This document shows, piece after piece, positions 55,447-64,000 of a stretch of 64,000 nucleotides of DNA (within the stretch, counting starts at the first letter, position 1; each line of letters starts with the position of its first letter). A program made the position numbers and the translations under genes. This stretch comes from Spirochaetia bacterium (lineage in GTDB: Bacteria > Spirochaetota > Spirochaetia > SZUA-6 > Bin103). The notes under the pieces were generated by a model. It was not told the origin of the DNA. It worked only from the letters and a program-made list of their open reading frames with translations, and searched no databases. The stretch covers positions 2,784,001 to 2,848,000 of the forward strand of contig CBDBDQ010000005.1 in the NCBI GenBank assembly GCA_965203905.1, given 5' to 3'.

Positions 55447-57372
55447 ATGAAAAAAATCACTTTGGGTTTCGTTGTCCTTCTGTTGTGTATGAGTGTGCTA
55501 ACTTATGCCGGCGGAACTCAGGACGCATCGGAAGAGCAAACAGCAACAGCAGCAGTGCCAGCAGGGAAGTACAATGAGGCACCGATGCTTGCGGAGCGAG
55601 TGGCAAGGGGTGAGCTTCCGCCTGTGGATGAACGGTTGCCTATAAACCCCTTAGTTCTTACCAAAGAAAGAAACATGGCACCTGACGGGTCACTCGATTA
55701 TGAAATCGGAACATATGGCGGAACCCTGAGAACTATACATCTTCAACCAAGAGGGACCTTTGTAGTATCTGCCATGGCTAAAGAGACATTGTTAAATCGT
55801 CCTGGTTACAACTTGGCAGACCCTCTTACGCCGCACTTAATGGAAGATTTTTCGGTCAATGCGGACAATACGGTTTTTACTTTTCGTATTAGAGAAGGCA
55901 TGAAGTGGTCTGACGGCGTTCCCGTGACAACCGAAGACGTGCAGTTTTATTATGAGGATTTCTATCTCAATAAAGATGTGATCCCCAATGTTTGGATGGA
56001 TCTTAGATCGGGCACAACGCCCCTCGGCGAGCCGTTAACAATTGAGGTTGATGATCAATACACTTATAGGATCATCTTCTCTGAGCCAACACCTCAGTTC
56101 CTTGATCTAAATAACAAGCCGTGGAGTTCTGTTAGAAAGTTTCCCTTGCTTCCCGCGCACTACCTTACGCAGTTTCATCCAAACCACATCTCAGAGCAGG
56201 AGCTGATGAATCAGATCAAGGCGGTTGGACTGGCAAACAGAGAAGACTGGGTCAAGATGTTTCATGCGCGTACTCATCGCGAAAACTGGGATATACCCTC
56301 AGTGATAGGAAGTCCCGTGATCCACCCGTGGATTCTGACGGAAGCGACTCCAACAACAATTGTGAAGGAGAGGAATCCCTACTATTGGAAAGTAGATACC
56401 GCAGGGAATCAGCTTCCGTATATCGACCGAATTGTTAGCACAAAAGTTGAGGACGCGGAAGCTGCTAATTTAAAAATCATAGCGGGAGAGGTAGATCTGG
56501 ACGATATGTTGCCTGCAATCAACTCCCTCCCGTTATATTTGGAGCATGCAGACAGAGCGGGATATCAAGTGGCGCCCATGGCACTGCCCTTCAATCGCAT
56601 AAGTATTTATATGAACTTTGCTCATGAGGATCCCGTATGGAATGAGGTGACCGACGACGTGCGTTTCAGAAGGGCGGTTACCTATGCAATCGATTCCGAA
56701 GATATCAGGCAAAGCGTGTACTATGGATTCGGTGAGCTTCCTCAATGGGTACCCGGTGAGTATGATCCTAACCAGGCCAATGCGCTTCTTGACGAAGCGG
56801 GTCTAGACGAGCGAGATTCCGATGGATGGCGGCTCGGACCAGACGGCAATCGATTCGATGTACCGTTCGAGATTCATGCCCGGTATCCAGATAGAGTACC
56901 GGTGACAGAGCTCGTTGTCGATCATTTAAGAGCCGTGGGTTTGCACGCAAGCTTCAAAGTGATTGATCTGAGTCTATTCGATCAGCGGCTCGAGGCCAAT
57001 CAACCGAAGATAACTGTAGACAGTGATGAAAATGTAACGCTCTATGCATTCGGTCATGCGAAACGATTCTTGCACGGGCGATTTTCCAGTTATCGAAGCT
57101 GGGTCGATACAGGCGGAGTGGAAGGAACAAGGCCGCACGACTGGTGGCTGGAATTGCTAGATCTGGGACTTAAAATGGGTCCCGGGCTTGCGTGGGATGA
57201 AGACGTATATCAGGAGTTTAGGAGCAAGTTTTACGACTACATTCCCCTTATTCACATTCTGCATGATCCGCCGCAGCCTGTTATTATAAACAGTAAGTTG
57301 GGCAATATCTTTACCGAGGGTGTTTCGCAGTGGCTTACTTATTCTGGAGAGCAACTATTCTTTAAAGAATAG
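55447..57372 (+). CDS. ABC substrate-binding protein, family 5 (homolog of 27038..28978)
   Basis: GELPPVDERLP, RPGYNLADPL, DENVTLYAFGH, LKMGPGLAW, GVSQWL.YSGEQLFFK shared with the 27-29 kb SBP. Confidence 0.93.
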   Translation: MKKITLGFVVLLLCMSVLTYAGGTQDASEEQTATAAVPAGKYNEAPMLAERVARGELPPVDERLPINPLVLTKERNMAPDGSLDYEIGTYGGTLRTIHLQPRGTFVVSAMAKETLLNRPGYNLADPLTPHLMEDFSVNADNTVFTFRIREGMKWSDGVPVTTEDVQFYYEDFYLNKDVIPNVWMDLRSGTTPLGEPLTIEVDDQYTYRIIFSEPTPQFLDLNNKPWSSVRKFPLLPAHYLTQFHPNHISEQELMNQIKAVGLANREDWVKMFHARTHRENWDIPSVIGSPVIHPWILTEATPTTIVKERNPYYWKVDTAGNQLPYIDRIVSTKVEDAEAANLKIIAGEVDLDDMLPAINSLPLYLEHADRAGYQVAPMALPFNRISIYMNFAHEDPVWNEVTDDVRFRRAVTYAIDSEDIRQSVYYGFGELPQWVPGEYDPNQANALLDEAGLDERDSDGWRLGPDGNRFDVPFEIHARYPDRVPVTELVVDHLRAVGLHASFKVIDLSLFDQRLEANQPKITVDSDENVTLYAFGHAKRFLHGRFSSYRSWVDTGGVEGTRPHDWWLELLDLGLKMGPGLAWDEDVYQEFRSKFYDYIPLIHILHDPPQPVIINSKLGNIFTEGVSQWLTYSGEQLFFKE

Positions 57373-57402
57373 CAGTATTTCCGATAAGATCGTGTTTTGA
57401 GG

Positions 57403-57438
57403 GTAGGGCACCGATTACATGCGGTGCCCTACTTGTTT
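57403..57438 (+). terminator. stem-loop after SBP gene
   Basis: GTAGGGCACCG-8 nt-CGGTGCCCTAC followed by TTGTTT. Confidence 0.7.
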
Positions 57439-57480
57439 ATAGAATAGTCATATCGCCCATCGCCAATCAGGAGCAATGAA

Positions 57481-58482
57481 GTGCTGTTGTCCTACATTAT
57501 TCGTCGCACTTTACAGTTTATTCCGCTTCTCATTTTTGTATCTATAATAAGTTATGTTATAATTGAGCTCCCTCCCGGCGATATACTGACTATTCATATT
57601 AAGAGCCTTGAGGAACAGGGTGATATTCTGTCACTCGCACAAGTCGAAAACCTGAAGGAGTTTTATGGCTTAGATCAGCCGATGTACGTTCGCTATTTCA
57701 AGTGGATTACAAATATCTTATTTAAAGGCAACTTCGGTTGGTCGTTTGCGTATCAACAGGCGGTGTCCGACCTAATAGGCGACCGAATAGCAACGACCAT
57801 GCTGTTATCCATTACCACTATTGTTTTCACCTACATTGTTGCAATCCCAATAGGAATATTGTCAGCCGTGCGACAGTATTCACCCTTTGATTATTTTTTT
57901 ACATCTGTCGGATTTATCGGTTTGGCAATGCCGAATTTCCTTCTTGCCCTGGTTCTCTTGTGGATCTCGTTTAAGCATTTCGGCATTGCTATTACCGGGC
58001 TTTTCTCTCCTGAATATGTTGATGCCCCTTGGAGCTTGGCGAAGCTAGGGGATCTATTCCAGCACATCTGGGTTGCCGTCGTTGTTATCGGTACGGCCGG
58101 CATGGCCGGGCTCATCCGCGTTCTCAGAGGAAGCTTGTTAGACGAGCTTCGAAAACAGTACGTTATCACTGGCCGAGCGAAGGGGCTTGCTGAAACGAAG
58201 CTTCTCTTCAAATATCCCGTTCGCATCGCTCTGAATCCCGTTATAAGCGGATTAGGTTGGTTGCTCCCCGCGACGATTTCCGGGGCTACAATTACTTCTG
58301 TCGTCCTGAACCTGCCAACAACGGGACCGCTTCTCTTAGCCGCCTTATTATCCCAAGATATGTTCCTTGCTGGGAGTATCGTGATGATACTCAGTTTTTT
58401 GATACTCACAGGAAACCTTCTTTCCGACATCATCCTGGCATTGGTTGATCCACGGATCGAATTCGGAGGAATAGAGGGATGA
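57481..58482 (+). CDS. DppB/OppB-type ABC permease
   Basis: ELPPGD, YVITGRAKGL, QDMFLAG, DPRIEFGG. Confidence 0.93.
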   Translation: MLLSYIIRRTLQFIPLLIFVSIISYVIIELPPGDILTIHIKSLEEQGDILSLAQVENLKEFYGLDQPMYVRYFKWITNILFKGNFGWSFAYQQAVSDLIGDRIATTMLLSITTIVFTYIVAIPIGILSAVRQYSPFDYFFTSVGFIGLAMPNFLLALVLLWISFKHFGIAITGLFSPEYVDAPWSLAKLGDLFQHIWVAVVVIGTAGMAGLIRVLRGSLLDELRKQYVITGRAKGLAETKLLFKYPVRIALNPVISGLGWLLPATISGATITSVVLNLPTTGPLLLAALLSQDMFLAGSIVMILSFLILTGNLLSDIILALVDPRIEFGGIEG

Positions 58483-59588
58483 AGAATAGGAAGGAGCAAA
58501 AGGTAGATAGCTACTACGTAGCCTCGCAATGGCGGCTGATGTGGCTCAAGCTGAAGAAGCATAAGCTGGCCATGTTCTCAGCGGTCGTTTTGGCATGCTT
58601 ATATTTTGTGGCAATATTCTGCGAGATGATAAGTCCGTTCACACCTAATGAACGGTTCCGAGAATATACGAGCTCCCCTCCAAATGCTATCCGTTTATTT
58701 AGTATGGACAATGGCTTTAGGCTTTCTCCCTACGTGGTAGGGCTGGAACGAGAGAGAGATCCTAAGACGCTGAGATTTATCTATGTTCCAAATGAGGCTC
58801 GGAAGTATCCGGTTTCCCTATTTTCTAGAGGCAGCACATACAAATTTTGGGGATTATTTGAGACCGATGTGCATCTATTTGCGTCAGAAGCGGGCGCGCC
58901 GTTGTTTCTGTTCGGCACGGACCGCTTGGGCAGAGATCTCTTTACGCGGATTGTATATGCATCTCGCATTTCTCTTTCGGTCGGACTGATCGGGGTCTTT
59001 CTCAGCACTTTTTTTGGAATACTGTTGGGCGGTATTGCAGGATATTTTGGCGGCACGGTGGATACCATAGTCATGCGCACGGTTGATCTACTAGCCTCCT
59101 TGCCGGCTATACCACTTTGGATGGCATTGGCTGCCGCAGTGCCCGCGGATTGGTCAGTTGTAGCGACTTATTTTGCAATAACGATCATCCTATCGCTACT
59201 TGGCTGGGTCAGGCTTGCGCGCGTCGTGCGAGGCAAGTTTCTCTCGCTTCGCAATGAAGATTTCGTGATGGCGGCAAAGGTATCGGCAGCACCCCAACTA
59301 GCAATAATATTCCGGCACTTAATACCTTCGTTTCTCAGCTATATTCTGGTTTCACTTACTTTGGAGATACCCGGAATGATTCTCGGAGAGACGGCCCTAA
59401 GTTTCTTAGGATTAGGTATGCAAGCCCCCGCTGTCAGTTGGGGAACTCTCTTGCGGGATGCACAAAGTCTGCAAGCCATTTCACAGCAATCTTGGGTGCT
59501 CATGCCGTGCATCTTTGTGATTGTCACCGTAATGATGTTTAACTTTTTTGGTGACGGACTCCGAGATGCTGCGGATCCGTACAGGTAA
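58479..59588 (+). CDS. DppC/OppC-type ABC permease
   Basis: GTDRLGRD, ILGETALSFLGLG, GDGLRDAADPY. Confidence 0.93.
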   Translation: MKNRKEQKVDSYYVASQWRLMWLKLKKHKLAMFSAVVLACLYFVAIFCEMISPFTPNERFREYTSSPPNAIRLFSMDNGFRLSPYVVGLERERDPKTLRFIYVPNEARKYPVSLFSRGSTYKFWGLFETDVHLFASEAGAPLFLFGTDRLGRDLFTRIVYASRISLSVGLIGVFLSTFFGILLGGIAGYFGGTVDTIVMRTVDLLASLPAIPLWMALAAAVPADWSVVATYFAITIILSLLGWVRLARVVRGKFLSLRNEDFVMAAKVSAAPQLAIIFRHLIPSFLSYILVSLTLEIPGMILGETALSFLGLGMQAPAVSWGTLLRDAQSLQAISQQSWVLMPCIFVIVTVMMFNFFGDGLRDAADPYR

Positions 59589-59710
59589 GGTCACATCCCA
59601 ATGACGCATTACGCTACGCATTTGGCGCTAAAGTCCGCAGCTTGCCGCAAAACGACGGAGAGGAGCGATATGGGCGTCGTGGGACCACGGCATAACGGAA
59701 GGAGAAACGG

Positions 59711-59830
59711 ATGGACCTTGGACTGAAGAACAAAGTGGCTGGTGTAACCGGCTCGAGCAGGGGAATTGGGCGAGCAATCGCGCATAAGCTTGCCGAGGAG
59801 GGATGCCATGTAAGCCTGTGCGCCCGTACT
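59711..59830 (+). pseudogene. SDR oxidoreductase N-terminal fragment
   Basis: [35 protein letters not shown] with GGAG RBS; cut after about 40 codons by an IS fragment. Confidence 0.85.
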
Positions 59831-59840
59831 ATTGGACCTA

Positions 59841-60003
59841 GTCTCACCCCGCAGGATGCTCAGCACCAGCGCGGAGCGCCTCTTGGCCGTCCTGCGCTGC
59901 ACTGACTCCGCCCCTCTCTCCTCTTTCTCTGTCACGGCTTCCACCCTTCCTCCTCATGCTTACCATCTGTCTTAAGGGTGGCTCTCCGTTTCTGGGAGCA
60001 GCA
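59841..60003 (-). mobile_element. IS3-like element left end with OrfA (DUF1153-like) fragment
   Basis: Minus strand begins TGCTGCTCCCAGAAACGGAGAGCCAC, then GAGGAGG RBS and [21 protein letters not shown]. Confidence 0.6.
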
Positions 60004-60144
60004 TTTCGCGTCAATTGTGGCAATAAATCGGCTTTTTTGCTGTAATGATGCGAAAATTGCTTGCAAATTTTGCCGTATAGCGTACACTATATTGATTGCT
60101 ATATTTGTTATTGCATTTTAGTCAGTAGTTGGGGCCCGAAAGAG

Positions 60145-61605
60145 ATGAACAATCCGAATCTTCTTTTTATCTACACAGACGAACAGGCATTCAACACTCT
60201 TGAGGCCTATGGCAACTCCGAGATCTCCATGCCGAATCTCAATCGGCTTGCCGAACGGTCAGTGGTATTCGACCAGGCCTATGTCACGCAGCCGGTTTGC
60301 ACACCGTCGCGCTCGACACTGCTGACGGGTCTTTACCCGCACACAAATGGCTGCACAGCGAACAATGTGCCGCTTCGACCGGAGACACGGTGCCTGCCGG
60401 AAATGCTCGCCGGCGGAGACTACGTGACCGCTCACTTCGGCAAATGGCATCTGGGCGATGAACTCTACGCCCAACACGGTTTTGGTGAATGGATCGGAAT
60501 CGAGGACGGCTATAACCAATACAACGGCAAAGGTAAAGACCGGAGTATTCGTTCCGGCTACCATCATTACCTGATAGAATGCGGCCTTGCTCCACGGAAT
60601 GGTAAGACATTCAGTCGAGAGGAGGCCGCACGACTCCCGGAAGAACACGGCAAACCGGCATTTCTCGCTCGCGAAGCATCTCGTTTCATCCGTGCAAATA
60701 GAAATGACCCTTTCGCTCTGTATGTAAACTTCCTTGAGCCGCACATGCCTTACTTTGGGCCACGGGACAATCAGTATGACCCTCGAACAATCCCCTTGCC
60801 GCCGAACTTCGACGCAGTATTAGATGACTCGCAGCCCCTGAAGGCTCGCGCATTCGCGCAAGCCTATCGCGAATGGGGCCATAGCGGCATGCCGTTGCGG
60901 ACCCCGGAAGACTGGCGACGCCTGATCGCTAACTACTGGGGCCTCTGCAGTCTTATCGACACACATATCGGCACTATTCTCAATACGCTGGAGGAATCGG
61001 GCATGAGTGACAATACCATCGTGGTATTCACCTCCGATCATGGCGATATGATGGGAAGTCATGGTCTGACAGCGAAAAGCGTGATGTTCGAAGAGGCTGT
61101 CCGTGTTCCGTTGATGATTCGTCTTCCCAACCAGGATCAGGGGAAGCACGTCAGCGGACCAGTCAGCCATATTGATGTCGTCCCCACGCTACTTGATTTA
61201 ATGAACCAACCGATACCACCGCACCTGCAGGGAAAGAGTCTCCGTGGACTACTTGAGACCGAAAAAGCAACCAGCACTGGGAGTGTCTTCATTGAATGGA
61301 ATGGTCACAACACCGGCTTCGTGGGAGAAGAATGGGGCAGCTTCCCGATGCCTTCCGCGCTCGAAGGAGTGGTTTCACGCGAGGAAGTGGAGACGGCCGT
61401 TTCCGACCCGGTTCGGACCGTGGTCACACCCGACGGGTGGAAATTGAACCATAGTCAACGCGGAGAGCACGAACTCTATGACCTGTCCTCGGATCCCGGA
61501 GAGACAGAGAACTTGTTCTACCGAACGGAGAGCGCGCCCATTGTGGATAGACTGAAGGAAGAGATTGCCCGGTGGCAGAAGCGCACGGGCGACGCCAAAT
61601 GGTAA
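60145..61605 (+). CDS. sulfatase (choline-sulfatase/arylsulfatase-like)
   Basis: PNLLFIYTDEQ, CTPSRSTLLTG, GKWHLG, FTSDHGDMMG.HG, ELYDL..DPGE. Confidence 0.95.
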   Translation: MNNPNLLFIYTDEQAFNTLEAYGNSEISMPNLNRLAERSVVFDQAYVTQPVCTPSRSTLLTGLYPHTNGCTANNVPLRPETRCLPEMLAGGDYVTAHFGKWHLGDELYAQHGFGEWIGIEDGYNQYNGKGKDRSIRSGYHHYLIECGLAPRNGKTFSREEAARLPEEHGKPAFLAREASRFIRANRNDPFALYVNFLEPHMPYFGPRDNQYDPRTIPLPPNFDAVLDDSQPLKARAFAQAYREWGHSGMPLRTPEDWRRLIANYWGLCSLIDTHIGTILNTLEESGMSDNTIVVFTSDHGDMMGSHGLTAKSVMFEEAVRVPLMIRLPNQDQGKHVSGPVSHIDVVPTLLDLMNQPIPPHLQGKSLRGLLETEKATSTGSVFIEWNGHNTGFVGEEWGSFPMPSALEGVVSREEVETAVSDPVRTVVTPDGWKLNHSQRGEHELYDLSSDPGETENLFYRTESAPIVDRLKEEIARWQKRTGDAKW

Positions 61606-61735
61606 AAGAGCCGCTTCGTGAAGAGCCCATACGTCGTAAGTGCTCGACGGAATGAGGAATACTACTCGCCAGTGGTAAAAGACTAAAGCGTATTTGCGTT
61701 GCACTATATGTGGAAATCAAATAAAGCCCAATGAA

Positions 61736-62435
61736 ATGACTGAAAGGAAATCAATGTTGTAGCCGGTCACAATAGCTTTCATTGCTGATGTTCACTACGG
61801 AACAACGTCGCCTATTCCACGCCGTCGTTGTGAGATAGCAGATATTCTGCTGAAGCGAGCGGTCTACCGGCTGAACAGGCTGGTTCGGCCTGATGTCACG
61901 CTGATCCTGGGCGATGTGATAGATGACGGTAGTTCCCCTGACGCCGAGAGGAGTTTGCTTCAACTTCGCTCAATCCTCGATAAGCTGGATTCACCTTACA
62001 TCACGATTCCCGGGAATCATGACATTGATCCGGAGAAAATTCTAACGAGTCTTCGACCGCCCGCATGACGTTGAGGATATTGCTGGAATCCGGTTTCTGA
62101 CGTTTGTCGACCAAGAAGAACCCGGGTACAACGCCAGACGTAGCAACCGTAATCTTGAGGGGTGGACCTCTCCATAAGCGGTCATCATCATCCTGGGTGC
62201 GAGGATAAGAGTGATGGTGGCATACTGTTTGTGAACGCCCCGGGGCTGTGCGAAGCACCATTCCCTTATCTTGTAGTCACTATCGACGGCGAGGAGATCA
62301 ACACCTGTCGCCACGAATTGGCCATGCCGGCAGAATTGCAGCTGGTTGACAATCATGTGCATACGCAATTGGCGTATTGCGCCGAGGATGTGACCATTGA
62401 GCGCTGTATCCAACTCGCTGGAGACTTTGGTCTTA
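61736..62435 (+). pseudogene. calcineurin-like metallophosphoesterase + PHP-domain pseudogene
   Basis: In-frame TAG at 61760, then IADVHYG, LGDVIDDG, PGNHD; frameshifts; later VDNHVHTQLAYC; truncated. Confidence 0.75.
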
Positions 62436-62438
62436 ATG

Positions 62439-62498
62439 ACAGAACAGAGCGTTGCGCGGCGACGCGGCAAACCGCGCGTGTGAACACCGTCGTTAGCT
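62439..62498 (+). other. solitary integron attC-like site (degenerate)
   Basis: ACAGAAC-5 nt-GTTGCGCG ... CGCGG CAAA CCGCG ... GTGTGAAC-6 nt-GTTAGCT; 60 nt with R''/L''/L'/R' spacing. Confidence 0.55.
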
Positions 62499-62502
62499 GG
62501 CT

Positions 62503-62715
62503 CGCGAGGAATGGCGTGATTGGCTGACGGCTAATTTCAATACCAAGCCTGAAATATGGCTCATCTCATATCGGAAACATGCTGGACGCCCTAGCATTCC
62601 TTGCAATTCTGCTGTCGAAGAGGCTCTGTGCTTTGGCTGGATCGATAGCATCCGGAAGAGCCTCGACAGAGAGCGTATTGCACAGCGCATTTCCCCAAGA
62701 AAGCCAGGCAGTTAA
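62503..62715 (+). pseudogene. YdeI/OmpD-associated family fragment
   Basis: REEWRDWL.AN....EIWL..YRKH.G.PSI....AVEEALCFGWIDS; no start codon, premature TAA. Confidence 0.8.
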
Positions 62716-62721
62716 GGCGAT

Positions 62722-64000
62722 GTGGCGACTCAAGTCGCGTTCGCTACCAACGCACGGCAGAGACGATATGCCCCCCGTGGCAAGAACCAGTTGCACGCCA
62801 TCTTCGAGAAGCATTTCAGTGATTTCTGCGATCAGTACCAGGATCGCTTTGGCCAGAAATACGGGAGGTATCACCTACCACGGATAGAGGGAGTCGGCGA
62901 ACGATTTGGCAAGTGCGGCGACTACCGATACGGGGTCGCCCGTATCCGGTGCACCAATCCCGAGTGTGCTCACGACCACTTTCGGCCGTTCAGCTGCAAA
63001 GGCTTCTACCTCTGCCCGTCATGTAGTCAGAAACGAACGCTTCTATTTGCCGAGCACCTCACTGAGGAGGTGCTTCTGAACTTGCCGCATCGCCAGTTCG
63101 TGTTCGCCCTGCCGAAGGCGCTGCGCATCTTCTTCCGCCACGACCGCCGACTCTTTGGCCATGTCTCGCGGCTGCGCGGCCTGACGGTGCCGGAGGTGAT
63201 CAACCTCAGCATCAACTTCCGCAGCGTCGGCAACATCGTCAGCCTGGCCAACAGGCTGCTGGAGCTGAAGGGGCGCCTGATCGGCCTGGGCGGCGGCGAG
63301 ATCGCCGAGCGCTGGACCTTCCGCGGACGGCCGCCGCTGCTGGTCGACGGCCTCCCCGAGCGCGATCTGCTGCGCACCGTGCGCCTGGGTGGCGCCGGGC
63401 AGGTGGTGCTGGCACGCAGCGAGCGGGAACGCGACCGGCTGCGCGCGGCGCTGAAGACCGAGCTGGTGTTCACCGTGGGCGAGGCCAAGGGGCTGGAGTT
63501 CGATGCCGTGCTGCTGTGGCGCTTCCCGGCGGCGGAAGGCGCGCCCGCCATCTGGCGGCGCATCGCCACCGACCGGGTGCGGGGAGATGCCGACACACCC
63601 CACATCCGCCACGAGCTGAACCTGCTGTACGTGGCGGTGACGCGGGCGCGCAACACGCTGGTGATCTGGGACGGCGAGCAGGTCAGCTCGATCTGGAGCA
63701 TCGACTCGCTGGCCGACCAGGTGTACCGGTCGGCCGACGGCACCGCCTTCGAGACCCTCTGGCAGCGGGTCTCCACCCCCGACGAGTGGGAAGCCCAGGG
63801 CGACTACTTTGCCGAGCGCGAGCACTACGCCGCCGCCGAAGAGTGCTACCGCCACGCCCAGGCAATGGGCAAAGAGGATCTGGCCCGCGCCCGCCGCCTG
63901 CAGCAGGAGGGGGATCATCGCACCGCGGCCGACCTGTTCGCCCGCCATGGCCACGCCGAGCCGGCAGCCGAGAATCTGGAATGCGCGGACGCGTTTCGCG
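62722..64000 (+). CDS. chimeric ORF: IS91-type transposase Zn-binding domain fused in frame to the 3' part of helicase-TPR copy 2 (runs off window)
   Basis: GTG 62722; CGD..G.ARIRC..PEC.H....FSCKG...CPSC..PHRQFVF.LP to 63174, then RGLTVPEVINLSINFRS..EAKGLEF..LYVAVTRAR with no stop to 64000 (manual translation). Confidence 0.8.
   Translation, partial: MATQVAFATNARQRRYAPRGKNQLHAIFEKHFSDFCDQYQDRFGQKYGRYHLPRIEGVGERFGKCGDYRYGVARIRCTNPECAHDHFRPFSCKGFYLCPSCSQKRTLLFAEHLTEEVLLNLPHRQFVFALPKALRIFFRHDRRLFGHVSRLRGLTVPEVINLSINFRSVGNIVSLANRLLELKGRLIGLGGGEIAERWTFRGRPPLLVDGLPERDLLRTVRLGGAGQVVLARSERERDRLRAALKTELVFTVGEAKGLEFDAVLLWRFPAAEGAPAIWRRIATDRVRGDADTPHIRHELNLLYVAVTRARNTLVIWDGEQVSSIWSIDSLADQVYRSADGTAFETLWQRVSTPDEWEAQGDYFAEREHYAAAEECYRHAQAMGKEDLARARRLQQEGDHRTAADLFARHGHAEPAAENLECADAFR

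Larger units (their letters stand above)
53701..63174. mobile_element. lower-GC cargo island inserted in helicase copy 2
   Basis: Visibly AT-richer than flanks; bounded by an IS1634-like remnant (left) and an IS91-like transposase N-terminus (right); helicase sequence resumes at 63175. Confidence 0.8.

Noticed and set aside
1-64000. tRNA, rRNA, prophage or integrase genes
   Set aside because: None recognised by inspection; tRNAscan-SE/Infernal were not run.

Overview
High-GC bacterial chromosomal segment. The 'FAGG/FASG-acidic' N-termini of the solute-binding proteins suggest a free-living or host-associated Spirochaetales-type organism, but this is inference only. The backbone is carbohydrate/organosulfur catabolism: enolase-superfamily enzymes, sulfatases, PhyH dioxygenase, oxidoreductases, hydantoinase A/B plus racemase, several ABC importer gene sets with no ATPase, and an AddAB-type repair pair. 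Accessory modules are interspersed: three toxin-antitoxin loci (two decayed), a Fic protein, an Rpn-like nuclease with a 21-bp tandem array, a P-loop kinase-Nudix fusion, and IS remnants. The most notable candidate system is a 1441-aa RelE-like RNase + SF1/UvrD helicase + TPR-solenoid protein with a TRANK1-like architecture. It has one intact copy and a second copy split by a ~9.5-kb lower-GC island. The 3' half of that second copy is now fused in frame to an IS91-type transposase Zn-finger domain. A second recurring signal is short degenerate 'shadow' copies of neighbouring genes at accessory-module borders, including a duplicated promoter-ABC-helicase unit with complementary deletions. No rRNA, tRNA or CRISPR array was recognised.
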